This document shows positions 63,893 through 64,000 of a stretch of 64,000 nt of DNA, piece after piece. Each line of letters begins with the position of its first letter. Within the stretch, counting starts at the first letter, position 1. The notes beneath the pieces were generated by a model. It was not told the DNA's origin. It was given only the letters and a program-made list of their open reading frames with translations, and ran no database searches. Made by a program: the position numbers and the translations under genes. The stretch covers positions 418,153 through 482,152 of the forward strand of contig CAVUWP010000017.1 in NCBI GenBank assembly GCA_963745085.1, read 5' to 3'. The DNA is from an uncultured Alphaproteobacteria bacterium (GTDB taxonomy: Bacteria > Pseudomonadota > Alphaproteobacteria > Rhodobacterales > Rhodobacteraceae).

Positions 63893-64000
63893 ATGTCCGT
63901 CGCCGAACCGTTTTCGCATCAGCGCGCGCCGCAGCGGCCGCGCGCCGTCCTGCCGGCGTCCGCCTTCGGCCCGGCGATCGACAGGCCAGAGCGCCTCGCC
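63893..64000 (+). CDS. Start of the next gene, possibly dprA, truncated by the window edge
   Basis: ATG after an AGAGGGGG site; identity rests only on the usual pyrC-plsY-dprA order and the CtrA box. Confidence 0.35.
   Translation, partial: MSVAEPFSHQRAPQRPRAVLPASAFGPAIDRPERLA

Overview
Very GC-rich alphaproteobacterial chromosome segment, most consistent with Rhodobacterales (purA-DUF2842-thiN, CBS-coaD, pyrB-pyrC'-plsY context, alpha-type LexA box, CtrA box). It holds an aerobic benzoyl-CoA (box) cluster with its ABC transporter (1-9970), housekeeping genes (thiN, purA, rmuC, serA/serC, leucine dehydrogenase, msrA, glmM, folP, gyrA, ssb, uvrA, coaD, cyclophilin, dcp, pyrB/pyrC', plsY), a sulfite/APS reduction operon, a taurine utilisation region (tauABC, xsc, tauR, an omega-aminotransferase, ackA, pta), two PEP-CTERM/VPLPA-CTERM surface proteins and several small exported unknowns. 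Many conserved genes carry several indels, most likely consensus errors, so coordinates of those genes are approximate. I found no rRNA, tRNA, CRISPR array, integrase or transposase. Best leads: a shared TauR-type box linking xsc to a non-canonical aminotransferase; a chain of three coupled 7-codon mini-ORFs between livM and livG; a repeat-rich membrane-LuxR insertion between ssb and uvrA; and an exported duplicated-domain protein after boxB in a cluster lacking boxA, boxD and boxR. All family calls come from motif recognition, not database searches.
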